DNA from: Desulfomonilia bacterium
GTDB lineage: Bacteria; Desulfobacterota; Desulfomonilia; UBA1062
Assembly (NCBI GenBank): GCA_963664325.2
Contig: CAXXDQ010000004.1
Coordinates: 160,001 to 224,000 of the forward strand
Reading direction: 5' to 3'
DNA length: 64,000 nt
The notes beneath the pieces are model-generated. The model did not search any database. It saw nothing but the letters and a program-made list of their open reading frames with translations, and was not told the origin of the DNA. Below, piece by piece: positions 39,263 through 48,797 of this stretch (position 1 is its first letter; each line of letters begins with the position of its first letter). Made by a program: the position numbers and the translations under genes.

Positions 39263-41761
39263 ATGGATGATGAGAACAGGCTCAAGAGCATCAGCAAATT
39301 CAGGGCGGCCCGTGCCGTAACAAGCCAGATGCTGAAGCATCCTTTCCTTAAGGGCAAAATCGGCGAGCTGGAGCCCAACATCTTCTTCGGGTACACCGAT
39401 CATCCGCTCGACAGAAATGCAACCGCACTCATTACGCCTTTTACATTCCTGACCAAGAATGCGGGCAAAAAGGCCTGCTGTGTGCTTAAGGCATCGTTTC
39501 GCAAAAGGCAGGGCAACTCGTTGATCTTTTCCGCCAGAGGTTATGACATCTACAAGGTGCTGGACATCAATTCGATGAGCGAGCACCGCTACAAGATCAC
39601 CGGCAGGACGAGATTTACCCCGCTCACGCTGAGGCTCGATATCCTGAAGGCCGGCACCTACAGACTCCGGCTGGCCCGCGGTGAAGACGTTCCGGACAAC
39701 ATGACCCCCATGACAGTCTCCGACATATCCGAGCCCGGCCTGGCAGTCGATTTCAAGGAAGAGTCCGACAGGTATGTCATTGCAACCTCAAGGCTCAAAC
39801 TCAATATTTTCAAGGAGCGGTTTCGCATCGAGGTCCTCGACTCATCGGGCGGCATTGTCACGGAGACCGGCAGCCAGACAAAGAACGAGTTCCCGTCCGC
39901 CTTTGACGCCTTTCCGCTCGGCTTCATCCGTGACCGCAAAAGCGGGCATACGTACGGAGTCGAATCTTTCGTGCTGTTCCCGGGTGAGGCCGTTTACGGT
40001 CTCGGCGAAGGGTTCGGGCCGGTCAACAGGGTCGGAAGCGCCAAGGGCATGTGGCACATTGAAGGCTACGGCAACACCTCCGGCCGCAACTACAAACACA
40101 TTCCCTTCTTCATGAGCACTCAGGGCTACGGGGTGTTCATCAATGAAAGCGCGCCCGTCACCTTCTGGACCGGCACGCGCGAGGTCTGTAAAAACCAGTT
40201 CGCCGTCGAGTCGGACCTGATAGACTATTACTTCTTCTACGGGCCGTCCTTCAAAAACATCCTTGATGCCTATACGGACCTTACGGGGAAACCCGCCGTA
40301 CCGCCCAAGTGGTCCTTCGGCACATGGATGTCTCGCATCAGCTATTTCACCCAGGACCAGGTCATTCAAACCGCCCGGCGTCTCAGGGAAATGCGCTTTC
40401 CCAGCGACGTCATACACATAGACACAGGCTGGTTTGAAAAGGACTGGTGCTGCGACTGGAAGTTCGACCGAACGCGCTTCCCCGACCCTGAGCGTATGTT
40501 CAGGAAAGCCGCAGAAATGGGATTTCACATATGCCTGTGGCAGACGCCCTATGTAATGGAAGAGACTGCGCTTTACGGCGAAGCCAGGCGCAGGGGCGTA
40601 CTGGCCGAGATGAACGGACCGTTCGTGTTCCTGTATGTCTTTCCGGCGCACCCGATCGATTTCTCAAACAGCGAGGCCGTCGCCTGGTACAAGGAAAGGC
40701 TTAAACCGCTTATCGATATGGGCGCTGCTTCCATAAAAACCGATTTTGGAGAAGGCATAGAGCCGCATATGAAATTTAAAGACTATGGAGGCAGGCAAAT
40801 GCACAACCTTTATCCCCTGCTGTACCAGAAGGCGGCGTTTGAAGCCCTTGAAGAGAAATACGGAGGCGGCGGGGCAGTGCTCTGGGCACGGAGCGCCTAT
40901 GCCGGGGCACAGCGCTACCCGGTGCACTGGTCCGGCGACAACTCCTCCACGTTTGAAAACCTCATCTGCTCGCTCAGGGGCGGCCTCAGCCTCGGGCTCT
41001 GCGGCTTTACCTTCTGGAGTCAGGATACGGGCGGCTTTGTGGGGACTCCGGATGACGAGCTCTACATCCGGTGGGTGCAGCTTTCCATCTTCCAGTCGCA
41101 TATGCGGTTCCACGGCAGCGCATCCAAATTCCGCGAGCCGTGGAACTTCAGCCCTGAAACCCAGGCGATTGTGCGCAAGTATCTTGAGCTCAGGTATTCG
41201 CTCATACCTTATCTCTACACCGAGTCCCGGATTGCGGCCTCATGCGGCCTTCCCGTGCTGCGCCATCTTGTGCTCGATTTTCAGGACGACCCGACGGTGC
41301 GCCACATCGATGATCAGTTCATGTGCGGACGCAGCCTCCTTGTCGCCCCGGTACTCACCCGCAACAGCTTGCGCAAAATCTACCTGCCTGAAGGCGCCTG
41401 GTATGACTTTGCAACCGGCGAGAAATTTGTCGGACCGTGCTGGATAGAACGCGAATCGGACATCCGGACCATCCCGGTCTTTGTCAGGGCCGGAGCCGTT
41501 CTGCCTCTGGCCGCAGCAGCCCAGCACACCGGAGAACTGGGCATTGACGACATGACGCTAATGGTTTTCCCGGATCATGAAGGCTGCGCCGGTTATGAAA
41601 TACTTGAAGGAGACAAACACATAAAAATCGAGGCGCGGCTGGCTGACGGCATGCTAGATGTATCCATGAATCCGGAACCGCCCGGTTTGAAGATCTCCGC
41701 ACCTGAGCAAATAAAGACTGAAGGGGTGCGTATAAACAGCCGGGATATCCCGAAGGATTGA
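39263..41761 (+). CDS. Glycoside hydrolase family 31, alpha-xylosidase YicI-like
   Basis: YGLGE, YK.IPF, WMSR.SY, nucleophile KTDFGE, MHNLY, acid/base HWSGD and WS.D.GGF. Start moved to ATG 39263 after AGGAGG. Confidence 0.88.
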   Translation: MDDENRLKSISKFRAARAVTSQMLKHPFLKGKIGELEPNIFFGYTDHPLDRNATALITPFTFLTKNAGKKACCVLKASFRKRQGNSLIFSARGYDIYKVLDINSMSEHRYKITGRTRFTPLTLRLDILKAGTYRLRLARGEDVPDNMTPMTVSDISEPGLAVDFKEESDRYVIATSRLKLNIFKERFRIEVLDSSGGIVTETGSQTKNEFPSAFDAFPLGFIRDRKSGHTYGVESFVLFPGEAVYGLGEGFGPVNRVGSAKGMWHIEGYGNTSGRNYKHIPFFMSTQGYGVFINESAPVTFWTGTREVCKNQFAVESDLIDYYFFYGPSFKNILDAYTDLTGKPAVPPKWSFGTWMSRISYFTQDQVIQTARRLREMRFPSDVIHIDTGWFEKDWCCDWKFDRTRFPDPERMFRKAAEMGFHICLWQTPYVMEETALYGEARRRGVLAEMNGPFVFLYVFPAHPIDFSNSEAVAWYKERLKPLIDMGAASIKTDFGEGIEPHMKFKDYGGRQMHNLYPLLYQKAAFEALEEKYGGGGAVLWARSAYAGAQRYPVHWSGDNSSTFENLICSLRGGLSLGLCGFTFWSQDTGGFVGTPDDELYIRWVQLSIFQSHMRFHGSASKFREPWNFSPETQAIVRKYLELRYSLIPYLYTESRIAASCGLPVLRHLVLDFQDDPTVRHIDDQFMCGRSLLVAPVLTRNSLRKIYLPEGAWYDFATGEKFVGPCWIERESDIRTIPVFVRAGAVLPLAAAAQHTGELGIDDMTLMVFPDHEGCAGYEILEGDKHIKIEARLADGMLDVSMNPEPPGLKISAPEQIKTEGVRINSRDIPKD

Positions 41762-41990
41762 CCGCTTAAGCTGTGCGCTCAGGAATATGCTCTATGACGA
41801 CCCCTGCGTTTCGGCAACACCCGGGGACTATAGAAAAAATAAATTTTTTAAAGGAAATTCTTACAGGGCGGCAATCTATGAACTGGTTTAAGGACGCCAG
41901 AACGGATATAATGGAAACAAGAGGCAGGACTTCAGGCAGCCTTAAGGGGGCCTCACGACTGTCGAATGAACAGAGAGGAGGGGATCAATC

Positions 41991-42302
41991 ATGAAAACAA
42001 AATTTAACGTAAACAGCAGGTGCAAATTACTGGTGATTTCAATTGCAGTCTTTGTTTTGTTGTTGTCTGTAAATGCGCCGGCCGGGGAAATCCCCCAGCA
42101 GCAGCTTAGTACCGGGAAATACCAGGCTTTATACCTGGGTGTAAACAGTGCAGGGTTTCATATTATAATGATCGTAAATACCGAAACGGGAAATGTCGAG
42201 AAGAGAATCTTTTATGTCGACACAAACGACAATCAGGACATCTATAACTATGTCACTAAAGAGGCGACTACGATTACCCGTAAAGGGGAGAAAGTAAAAT
42301 AA
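41991..42302 (+). CDS. Small secreted hypothetical protein
   Basis: RBS GGAGG, signal peptide and a beta-rich body (IVNTETG). Confidence 0.6.
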   Translation: MKTKFNVNSRCKLLVISIAVFVLLLSVNAPAGEIPQQQLSTGKYQALYLGVNSAGFHIIMIVNTETGNVEKRIFYVDTNDNQDIYNYVTKEATTITRKGEKVK

Positions 42303-42486
42303 CGGTTATGGTTCATCCGCCATTTTGATGAACAAAACCCGGGGGCGTTTCCAGATAAATAAGCTGATCGTTCTTCTGTCTGCCCGGCAGCGTCCCGTTG
42401 TATGCCCTGAAATTTTACAGCACCTTGCCCGGCTGCAAGGTTTGCAGCCGGAGTTGAATCAACAGGTTTTGCTTTTTTCCAGCTGC

Positions 42487-42792
42487 TCAATTAGACATGG
42501 ATTTTAACGATTCGGAACCTTTCATCGGTGCAAAATCCTTTGTCTTCTTATCCTTCTTGGTCTTCTTTGTTTTCTTCGTCTTCTTTGCTTTCTTGTCTGC
42601 CTTCTTGTCTGCGGGGGCTGGTTTGTCTGCTGTAACAGCCTTATCGGCCGGAGCTGCCTTGTCGGCTGCTACTGCCGGTGCCTTATCGGCCGGTGCGGCT
42701 GCGGGTGCATTTGGTGCCGTTTCGGCGAAGCTTACCGTTGCCATGAATGCAAATGCTATGAGCACTATTAAACTTACCAGTGTCTTTTTCAT
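42487..42792 (-). CDS. Secreted low-complexity Ala/Lys-rich protein
   Basis: Signal peptide (SFA|E), ADKA/ADKP repeats and a KKTKKTKK tract; RBS GGAGG. Confidence 0.7.
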   Translation of the reverse strand: MKKTLVSLIVLIAFAFMATVSFAETAPNAPAAAPADKAPAVAADKAAPADKAVTADKPAPADKKADKKAKKTKKTKKTKKDKKTKDFAPMKGSESLKSMSN

Positions 42793-43070
42793 CAATCGGG
42801 ACCTCCTTTTTTTCTTACCTTTACCACTCGATTCATCAGAAGGTCTATAAAAATTAGAAAGGGCGCTCGGGGTACGCCAGGATAACCAAGTTATTGTCCT
42901 TTTATTTATTTGCTCAGCAGCGTCATGTTATCCCCACTTTACGGAAATTTAATCACCGCTCTGCCATATACTCCCCAACAGGGTCCCGGTAAAATATTAA
43001 TCAACATTATGGTAGGTGATTCGGAATATAGACGTGATCGGCTTTGTTTCTTGGCTCTACTTTAAATTTA

Positions 43071-44111
43071 TTACTTGTTTGGCATTAAAATGAAAGCGTG
43101 TTCTTTACCATTAATTGTTCCTTCACCAACAATCTGCCCATTGTCATTAATCTTGTAGGCAATATTTAAATACCAGCCAGGATTGTCCCTAACAAGATAA
43201 TTCAATTCAATCATTTTTCCATCAGTATAGAGAAAAGCGCGACACGCTGTGTCCTTTGAGATATTACGAGAATACCCTACTATCTGACCATTATTATTAA
43301 TATCCATTGCATTAGAAACCTCATCCCCTTCCAAAATTCCAAGGTCAATCATTTTACCTTCATCATAAAGGAAAGAATGGCTTATTATGCCATCAGATAT
43401 TGCAGAAGTTCCTACAACCTGTCCTTTGTTATTTATTCCGTATGCCGCATTAAATTTGCCACCTAATGTACCAAGATCAGTCGTTACTCCATTAGAATAT
43501 AGAAAAGCACTAACGGTAAGATTATCAGTCAAAAGCGCATTTCCAACCACTTGTCCGATATCGTTAATTCCATATGCACAACTCCCATTACCATCAAATG
43601 TCTTTATATACTCAATTTTCCCGTTCTCGTAGATAAATGCATTTTTAGATTCACCAACAATTTGACCTTTATTATTAATACTGTGTGCATTGCAGTATGA
43701 CCAATCCGGATTTGAAATAATTATTATTCTGTCATTATCATACAAATAAGACACAATACCAGAGGTGCCAACAATTTGACCTTTATCATTAATGTCATTA
43801 GCTATATCTGTAATTTCGCCCAAATCGATCATCAAGCCATCACTATATAAAAAAGAACTGCCATACAAGTCTTCTGGATGCCATGCATATCCCACTACCT
43901 GGCCCAGATTATTGATACTTCTAGCCCCGCTAAGATTTCCTCCCAATGTACCCAGATCGATAATAGAATAACTTAAAGAAATATGTTCAGTTTCAGCTGA
44001 GCTTTCACTGTTGCTTCCCTTCCCCCCACATCCTGAAAATACCAGAATTAAAGAAGACATTAATGATATCAAAATAATTTTTATATATTTTTCTTTATTA
44101 TTGAGATTCAT
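43071..44111 (-). CDS. Extracellular HAF-repeat beta-propeller lipoprotein
   Basis: Lipobox FSGC; repeated DLGTLGG..S.A..IN..GQVVG...AFLY units; visibly AT-rich. Confidence 0.88.
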   Translation of the reverse strand: MNLNNKEKYIKIILISLMSSLILVFSGCGGKGSNSESSAETEHISLSYSIIDLGTLGGNLSGARSINNLGQVVGYAWHPEDLYGSSFLYSDGLMIDLGEITDIANDINDKGQIVGTSGIVSYLYDNDRIIIISNPDWSYCNAHSINNKGQIVGESKNAFIYENGKIEYIKTFDGNGSCAYGINDIGQVVGNALLTDNLTVSAFLYSNGVTTDLGTLGGKFNAAYGINNKGQVVGTSAISDGIISHSFLYDEGKMIDLGILEGDEVSNAMDINNNGQIVGYSRNISKDTACRAFLYTDGKMIELNYLVRDNPGWYLNIAYKINDNGQIVGEGTINGKEHAFILMPNK

Positions 44112-44156
44112 ATAATTTTCTCCTATACAAAATTTATACTATTTAGGAAATATGAA

Positions 44157-44172
44157 CGCAATAATTTTGCCA
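44157..44172 (-). promoter_or_regulatory. Sigma54 (-24/-12) promoter for the HAF-repeat gene
   Basis: The minus strand reads TGGCAAAATTATTGCG (GG-N10-GC), about 45 nt upstream of the start codon. Confidence 0.55.
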
Positions 44173-44467
44173 TCATTTAAACATTGAGCCGCTCCCGAAT
44201 TTTATACAATTTTCAAGTTTTGTGTTCAGGTTGTTTGGGAACATGCCCATATATTTTTGTTAATTGTCTTGTTATTTATTTTTTCTGCGGCTCCCTGCTG
44301 AACGATCATTACAATAATTACCGGCCGTTAATTTCATAAATTCCGGTAATATGAGCGCTGTATCAATTCGATTTATGCATTTGACTGGTTGAATTGATGC
44401 GATTAACATTTAAGTTGACCGGCAACCGGCCGGTTTCAAAATAAAAAACTATTACGAGGCGGGCTTT

Positions 44468-45166
44468 ATGAAAAATATCAGATTTTATGCGGTTCTTCTG
44501 GCCATGCTGATAATCTGTGAGGGCGCAGCGTTCGGTTCCCCAAAGGCGGTCCCCTCTGAAACCCGGTACAATGCCGGCAGCGTCTCCCAGGGAACCATGA
44601 TCCTGCATGACTTCGTTATTAAGAACACGGGCGGCGAAACTCTTACACTGAAGGCCCAGGACTGCGGATGCGGAGGGGTCAAGGCCAAAACCCCCGGTTC
44701 GATAAAACCGGGCATGTCGGACATGATAAAGGTAAGCATCCCGACAATAAATCTTCAGGGGAATTACAAGCGCGAGATAAAGATTGAAACCAACGATCCG
44801 GACAATAAAGAGATCGTACTGACGATAACCGCAAACATCTTCGAGACCCTTTCAATAATGCCCAAATACATCAGCTTCGGCAAAGGCATGGCCGGGTCGA
44901 AGCTCACAAGTGAGCTGATGATCACGAACACAGGCAAGGACAAAATCACCATCCTGGGTGTCAAGGTGTATCCTGCCGGCGCCGGTTCAATCAGCCCCGT
45001 TATTGGAAAAACGATCCTAAAACCGAACGAGAAGAAAAGGCTTGAACTGAACCTCAATCCCCGGAGCAAACCCGGTTACTTCCAGGGCCAGGTTATAATC
45101 AGCACCGACATCAAGAACCTTGAAGAAAAAAGGGTGTTCTACGGGGCCGAAATAACCGCTAAGTGA
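44468..45166 (+). CDS. DUF1573-like Ig-fold periplasmic protein
   Basis: Signal peptide, F.IKNTG...L, CGC, I.PG and I.TNDP; a second Ig-like repeat follows. Confidence 0.8.
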   Translation: MKNIRFYAVLLAMLIICEGAAFGSPKAVPSETRYNAGSVSQGTMILHDFVIKNTGGETLTLKAQDCGCGGVKAKTPGSIKPGMSDMIKVSIPTINLQGNYKREIKIETNDPDNKEIVLTITANIFETLSIMPKYISFGKGMAGSKLTSELMITNTGKDKITILGVKVYPAGAGSISPVIGKTILKPNEKKRLELNLNPRSKPGYFQGQVIISTDIKNLEEKRVFYGAEITAK

Positions 45167-45375
45167 CAAGAACCTTGCGTGCAGGCTTTAACAGCTCTTC
45201 CATCGAAGACTGAGAGGGGAGTTCCCGGGAGATTTCAGATCCGTCAGGCATAAATGCCTGAAGCAGATTGCTCCTCAATTATTGAGGCCTGAGCCTCCTT
45301 ACGTTTATTTATAATGGAAGCACCCTGTTTTTTAATAAGATATCCGGTTATCAGTGTCCCGGTCAGGTTATTTGA

Positions 45376-46686
45376 TTATTTTGAGAGAAGCTCCTTTATC
45401 ATGCCATCAAGCATCAGGCGCGGAAGCGGATTTTTATCAAATACACCAGTTGATAATGTCAGGGATGAATCATAGCTGCTTACACTGATGGCAAAGGAAG
45501 GCGGAGTCAAGACAGGCGGAAGGATATATGCCTTTACAGGCCGTGTTTCAAAAAGAATCCTGTTTTTATCGATTATCCCGAAATTGGAAAGGCCGTTCGG
45601 GATGTTGCGGTTTTTTATTCCGAATCTTACCGCAGAGCTCCAGAACGCCTCCCACCACCGGAAGGGGAACAGGCCGAATACATATCTGTACACAAGCAGT
45701 TGATTCATGCCGAACCAGCTTTGCTTTCTTCGAGCGGTATAACCGGATATTTTCCCGAGTGTCTTATCAAATTCCGGATCAATATGTGAACCGATGTTCA
45801 AGTATTCAAATGAACTCAGGTTGCATATGCTTCCGCCTTTCTTCTCTTTAAGATACCAAAGCCTGAGATCGACCGTCATAATAGCCCTCAATGCCGCTTT
45901 GCTTCTGCTGTCACTCAAGCCTGCAATTGAGCGGAGAAATGATGCCATGAGCATGTCGTTAAGGGTTGCGTTAAACATCTTCCCGTAAGAAACGATCCTG
46001 TCATAGCGCCTGCCATTGATGTGACATGTCAGAAATTCATACCCGGTATCCGTGCTCTGTTCATCAAGCGGAAGGGTCTTTGATCTTAGTGGAATAATGT
46101 TGCTTAAAAATTCTCTCATGCTGTTGATGAAGATTTCAGGGTAGGCTTTTAATGGTATTTTATTCATTACCTGATCAATATCCCTGTCATTGTTATGATT
46201 AAACTGGGGCCTGTAACCGGGATTGTCTTTGAGCCTGGTATATATGTCTGAAACAAGATAAACGAGTTCCTTAATCCCGCCCACATCGCAGAATGAATGG
46301 TGCGTCTTGATGATAAGAGAATCTCTTTCACCCGAGCGGCGGATGCAACAGGACAAGATATTGCCGTTAACAGGGTCCACAGGCGTATTTTCAAAACCGA
46401 GGAATTCATTGTCATCGGCAGTGAACCTTAACATATCAGTGTCACTGTCCCCGCTCTTTTCCCAATATGGTTCCGTTCGGTGGGGAACGAACCTGCATGA
46501 AAGTATCGGGATAATACTTTTTAAGATCAGAAGCGCCTGCCTTAGTCGCATCTCATCGATTACGGAATCAAATTCCATCTTGAAGATAATGGTGTTTTTG
46601 CCAAAACCGATATCTTCAATAAGGTACATCATCATATCGGCATATTCAGCCCGGATACGGTTATCCCTTGTCATCATTGAAAACAT
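45376..46686 (-). CDS. Stand-alone condensation-domain / CoA-dependent acyltransferase
   Basis: HHxxxD motif (KTHHSFCDVGG), ATLND.LMA.F, TVDLR, NLSS and SNFG.I. Start uncertain (46686 or 46782). Confidence 0.8.
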   Translation of the reverse strand: MFSMMTRDNRIRAEYADMMMYLIEDIGFGKNTIIFKMEFDSVIDEMRLRQALLILKSIIPILSCRFVPHRTEPYWEKSGDSDTDMLRFTADDNEFLGFENTPVDPVNGNILSCCIRRSGERDSLIIKTHHSFCDVGGIKELVYLVSDIYTRLKDNPGYRPQFNHNNDRDIDQVMNKIPLKAYPEIFINSMREFLSNIIPLRSKTLPLDEQSTDTGYEFLTCHINGRRYDRIVSYGKMFNATLNDMLMASFLRSIAGLSDSRSKAALRAIMTVDLRLWYLKEKKGGSICNLSSFEYLNIGSHIDPEFDKTLGKISGYTARRKQSWFGMNQLLVYRYVFGLFPFRWWEAFWSSAVRFGIKNRNIPNGLSNFGIIDKNRILFETRPVKAYILPPVLTPPSFAISVSSYDSSLTLSTGVFDKNPLPRLMLDGMIKELLSK

Positions 46687-46929
46687 GTAACAGCCGCGGG
46701 GTTTTTTTATCAACCCTAAAGATAGTAACTTCGCCATTGAATTCGTTCTGTCCGGGGAGATGATAACACACATGAAACGCAACAGAGTAACAGGGCATCA
46801 GGACAAGACAGCCCGATGAGGAATCAAATGTGAAAGCTTCATTTGTTTCTTTTTAAGAGACCTGGCGGTCCTGAAATAAACTATTCGGTTTTCTGTTTCC
46901 ACAGGTCCTTATCAGCGCCCGGCTTACTT

Positions 46930-48093
46930 TTACCGCCCGATCGCAACCGACCGGCCTGTCCGTGCCGATTCGTACACTGCGAATACAAGCTCGATGTCCG
47001 AGCGGGCTTCTCGGCCGCCGACACGGGGAGGCTTGCCGGTATCGAGACAGTTTATAAAATCCTTCATCGCCTCGCTGTAGACGTTGTAGCCCGCAAACTC
47101 CTCAACAATGTCCATCGTTGAGCCCGTTGCAAAGGTCTTGTCGATGACCTCGTCCGGCAGCTCGTCGTCCCCAAGGTTCTTCATGTATTCCTTTATGCCG
47201 CAGATCACCGCCGGATCGACGCCTTTATAATATTCCTTTACCCTCTCGCTGAAGACCTTGATCTCGGCTATCTCGAACTGAAGGTGGCCGGGCAGCCTTT
47301 TCTCAGGCGACTCGATGATGCTGCCCGCATTCCCGTAAATTGCCATCATGGGCACCGGGGGCGCAATGCGTGCGTTCCATGTAAGGATAATGCTGGTCAT
47401 TATGCCGTTTTCATGCGCCAGAGTGATGATCGAAGCCTCGTCCACATCCCATTTTTTATCGGGGCGTCTGGTCGTTGCATAAACGCTTTTTACAGGCCCG
47501 CCCAGCATGTTCGCCATGGCCATGAGATGGATGCCCCTGTCGAAGAGCACGCCGCCGCCGCCGGTTTCCGCTTTCATGCGCCATTCGTACGTCTTCATGC
47601 AGGCCAGCATGTCTATGTAGCCGGAAAGCTCGTGGATGTTTATCATGAAAGGCTCGCCTATGACGCCTGCGGCCATGAGCTCGGAGGCCCGAATCACCCC
47701 TGGTTCGTACCTGAAGTTTTCCAGCACGGCCAGTACAAGGTTTGATGCTGCGGCCTTTTCGGTCATGGCGTCGGCCTCGGCCAGCGAATTGGCAATGGGC
47801 TTTTCAATGAAAACATGTTTTCCCGCTTCGAAGGCCCTCATTGCCGCTCCATAGTGGAGGTGATGAGGCAGACAGATGTCGAGCGCGTCTATCCGCTCAT
47901 CCGACAATGCATCGTCAATGGTTTTGAAAACACCCGCCGCCCCGTTTTCATCCGCGATCTTTGCCGCAAGATTCCCGTCAAGGTCGCAGACATAAAGGTC
48001 GGCCCTGTCCCTGTGATTGCCCCATTGCTTCGCATGGACATGGCCGATCATCCCGCAGCCAACAAGGCATATGCCATATCTGTTTTTTGCCAT
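46930..48093 (-). CDS. Gfo/Idh/MocA-family NAD(P)-dependent oxidoreductase
   Basis: Motifs VGCGMIG, CLPHHLH, GKHVFIEKP, GGGVLFD.GIH and AVYESARTG. Confidence 0.9.
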   Translation of the reverse strand: MAKNRYGICLVGCGMIGHVHAKQWGNHRDRADLYVCDLDGNLAAKIADENGAAGVFKTIDDALSDERIDALDICLPHHLHYGAAMRAFEAGKHVFIEKPIANSLAEADAMTEKAAASNLVLAVLENFRYEPGVIRASELMAAGVIGEPFMINIHELSGYIDMLACMKTYEWRMKAETGGGGVLFDRGIHLMAMANMLGGPVKSVYATTRRPDKKWDVDEASIITLAHENGIMTSIILTWNARIAPPVPMMAIYGNAGSIIESPEKRLPGHLQFEIAEIKVFSERVKEYYKGVDPAVICGIKEYMKNLGDDELPDEVIDKTFATGSTMDIVEEFAGYNVYSEAMKDFINCLDTGKPPRVGGREARSDIELVFAVYESARTGRSVAIGR

Positions 48094-48306
48094 TAAGCGT
48101 TCCTTTTATTATATTTAATTTATGATCAGATATGCTGAAATATTACCACATACCCGGCTTCAAAGAAACCTCAGCCTGCTGTAAAAAAGACTGCCGGATA
48201 GGCATTTTACTCTGAATAAGAGCTTTGCAAACATCCTTTCACCGCTATTTCGGGACATTGGCAAGTCGCACGCTTGACGACTTTTTCACGTATGGACGGG
48301 AAGGGT

Positions 48307-48333
48307 AAAAAAATGGCGGGCGTAAAGCCCGCC
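48307..48333 (-). terminator. Rho-independent terminator ending the phoA transcript
   Basis: Stem GGCGGGC-gtaaa-GCCCGCC with A7 at 48307-48313. Confidence 0.7.
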
Positions 48334-48405
48334 TGATTGAAAGAGTTGTGTGCACTCTAATGAGGAGTTCTTTTGTACGGAAAAAAATGCCGTTATCTCC
48401 CGTCA

Positions 48406-48742
48406 TCATGCAAATGCCGGATTCGTCATGGCGGCAATGAAACCCCCGGAGTAGCTTTCCGACAGTTTTTGTCGAACCGGGATAGGCGATATCCAGAACG
48501 TCTCACACCGGTGAATCGCCGTCCGAATACAGCGAATGAGCATAGAGATCGGCTTTGCGCCATCCGGGCGCGCCTGTTTCCCAGGTTTCACCGGCTTCAT
48601 CGGATGAGACTGTTCCTCCCCTCACCGCCGTCTTCTGCGAATACTGAGAAACAGCATGGGCCGTCGACGTAACGCTGCCGGACTGGCAGTCTGCAAATAC
48701 AATCAGCGCCAAGATGACAACAGCCGACAGATATATTCTCAT
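48406..48742 (-). pseudogene. Remnant of a secreted PHP-domain (CehA/McbA-like) metallohydrolase
   Basis: Signal peptide, then WRKADLYAHSLYSDGDSPV*DVLDIA: the PHP motif D.HxHS..SDG with H>Y and an in-frame TGA. A shifted frame ends GGFIAAMTNPAFA*, resembling the family C-terminus. Confidence 0.6.
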
Positions 48743-48797
48743 CGTAAATCCCCCTCATAGAATCTTTCAAACCCATATCTTAAAGGTTAATTTGTGT

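Noticed and set aside
29443-41761. Sulfoglycolysis (sulfo-EMP) cluster using the GH31 as sulfoquinovosidase
   Set aside because: The GH31 nucleophile motif is KTDFGE (YicI-like) rather than the MADFGE of YihQ. The isomerase and aldolase are not YihS/YihT types, and the GH31 is separated from the operon by unrelated genes.
42540-42720. Short tandem repeats as a CRISPR or VNTR array
   Set aside because: They are codon-level repeats of the Ala/Lys-rich secreted protein, with no repeat-spacer structure.
45200-45300. Glycine-riboswitch-like words on the minus strand (GAGGAGCAA...GAAATCTCCCGG)
   Set aside because: Only a partial match, and it would point into the 3' end of an oppositely oriented gene with no downstream gene to regulate.
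48172-48290. Second degenerate inverted-repeat element (CAGCCTGCTGTAAAAAAG...CTTTTTCAC)
   Set aside because: The arm match is too short and degenerate to support without genome-wide copies.
48503-48505. In-frame TGA as selenocysteine readthrough
   Set aside because: The position is not a Cys-equivalent site, a metal-ligand His is also mutated and most of the domain is missing, so gene decay is the simpler explanation.
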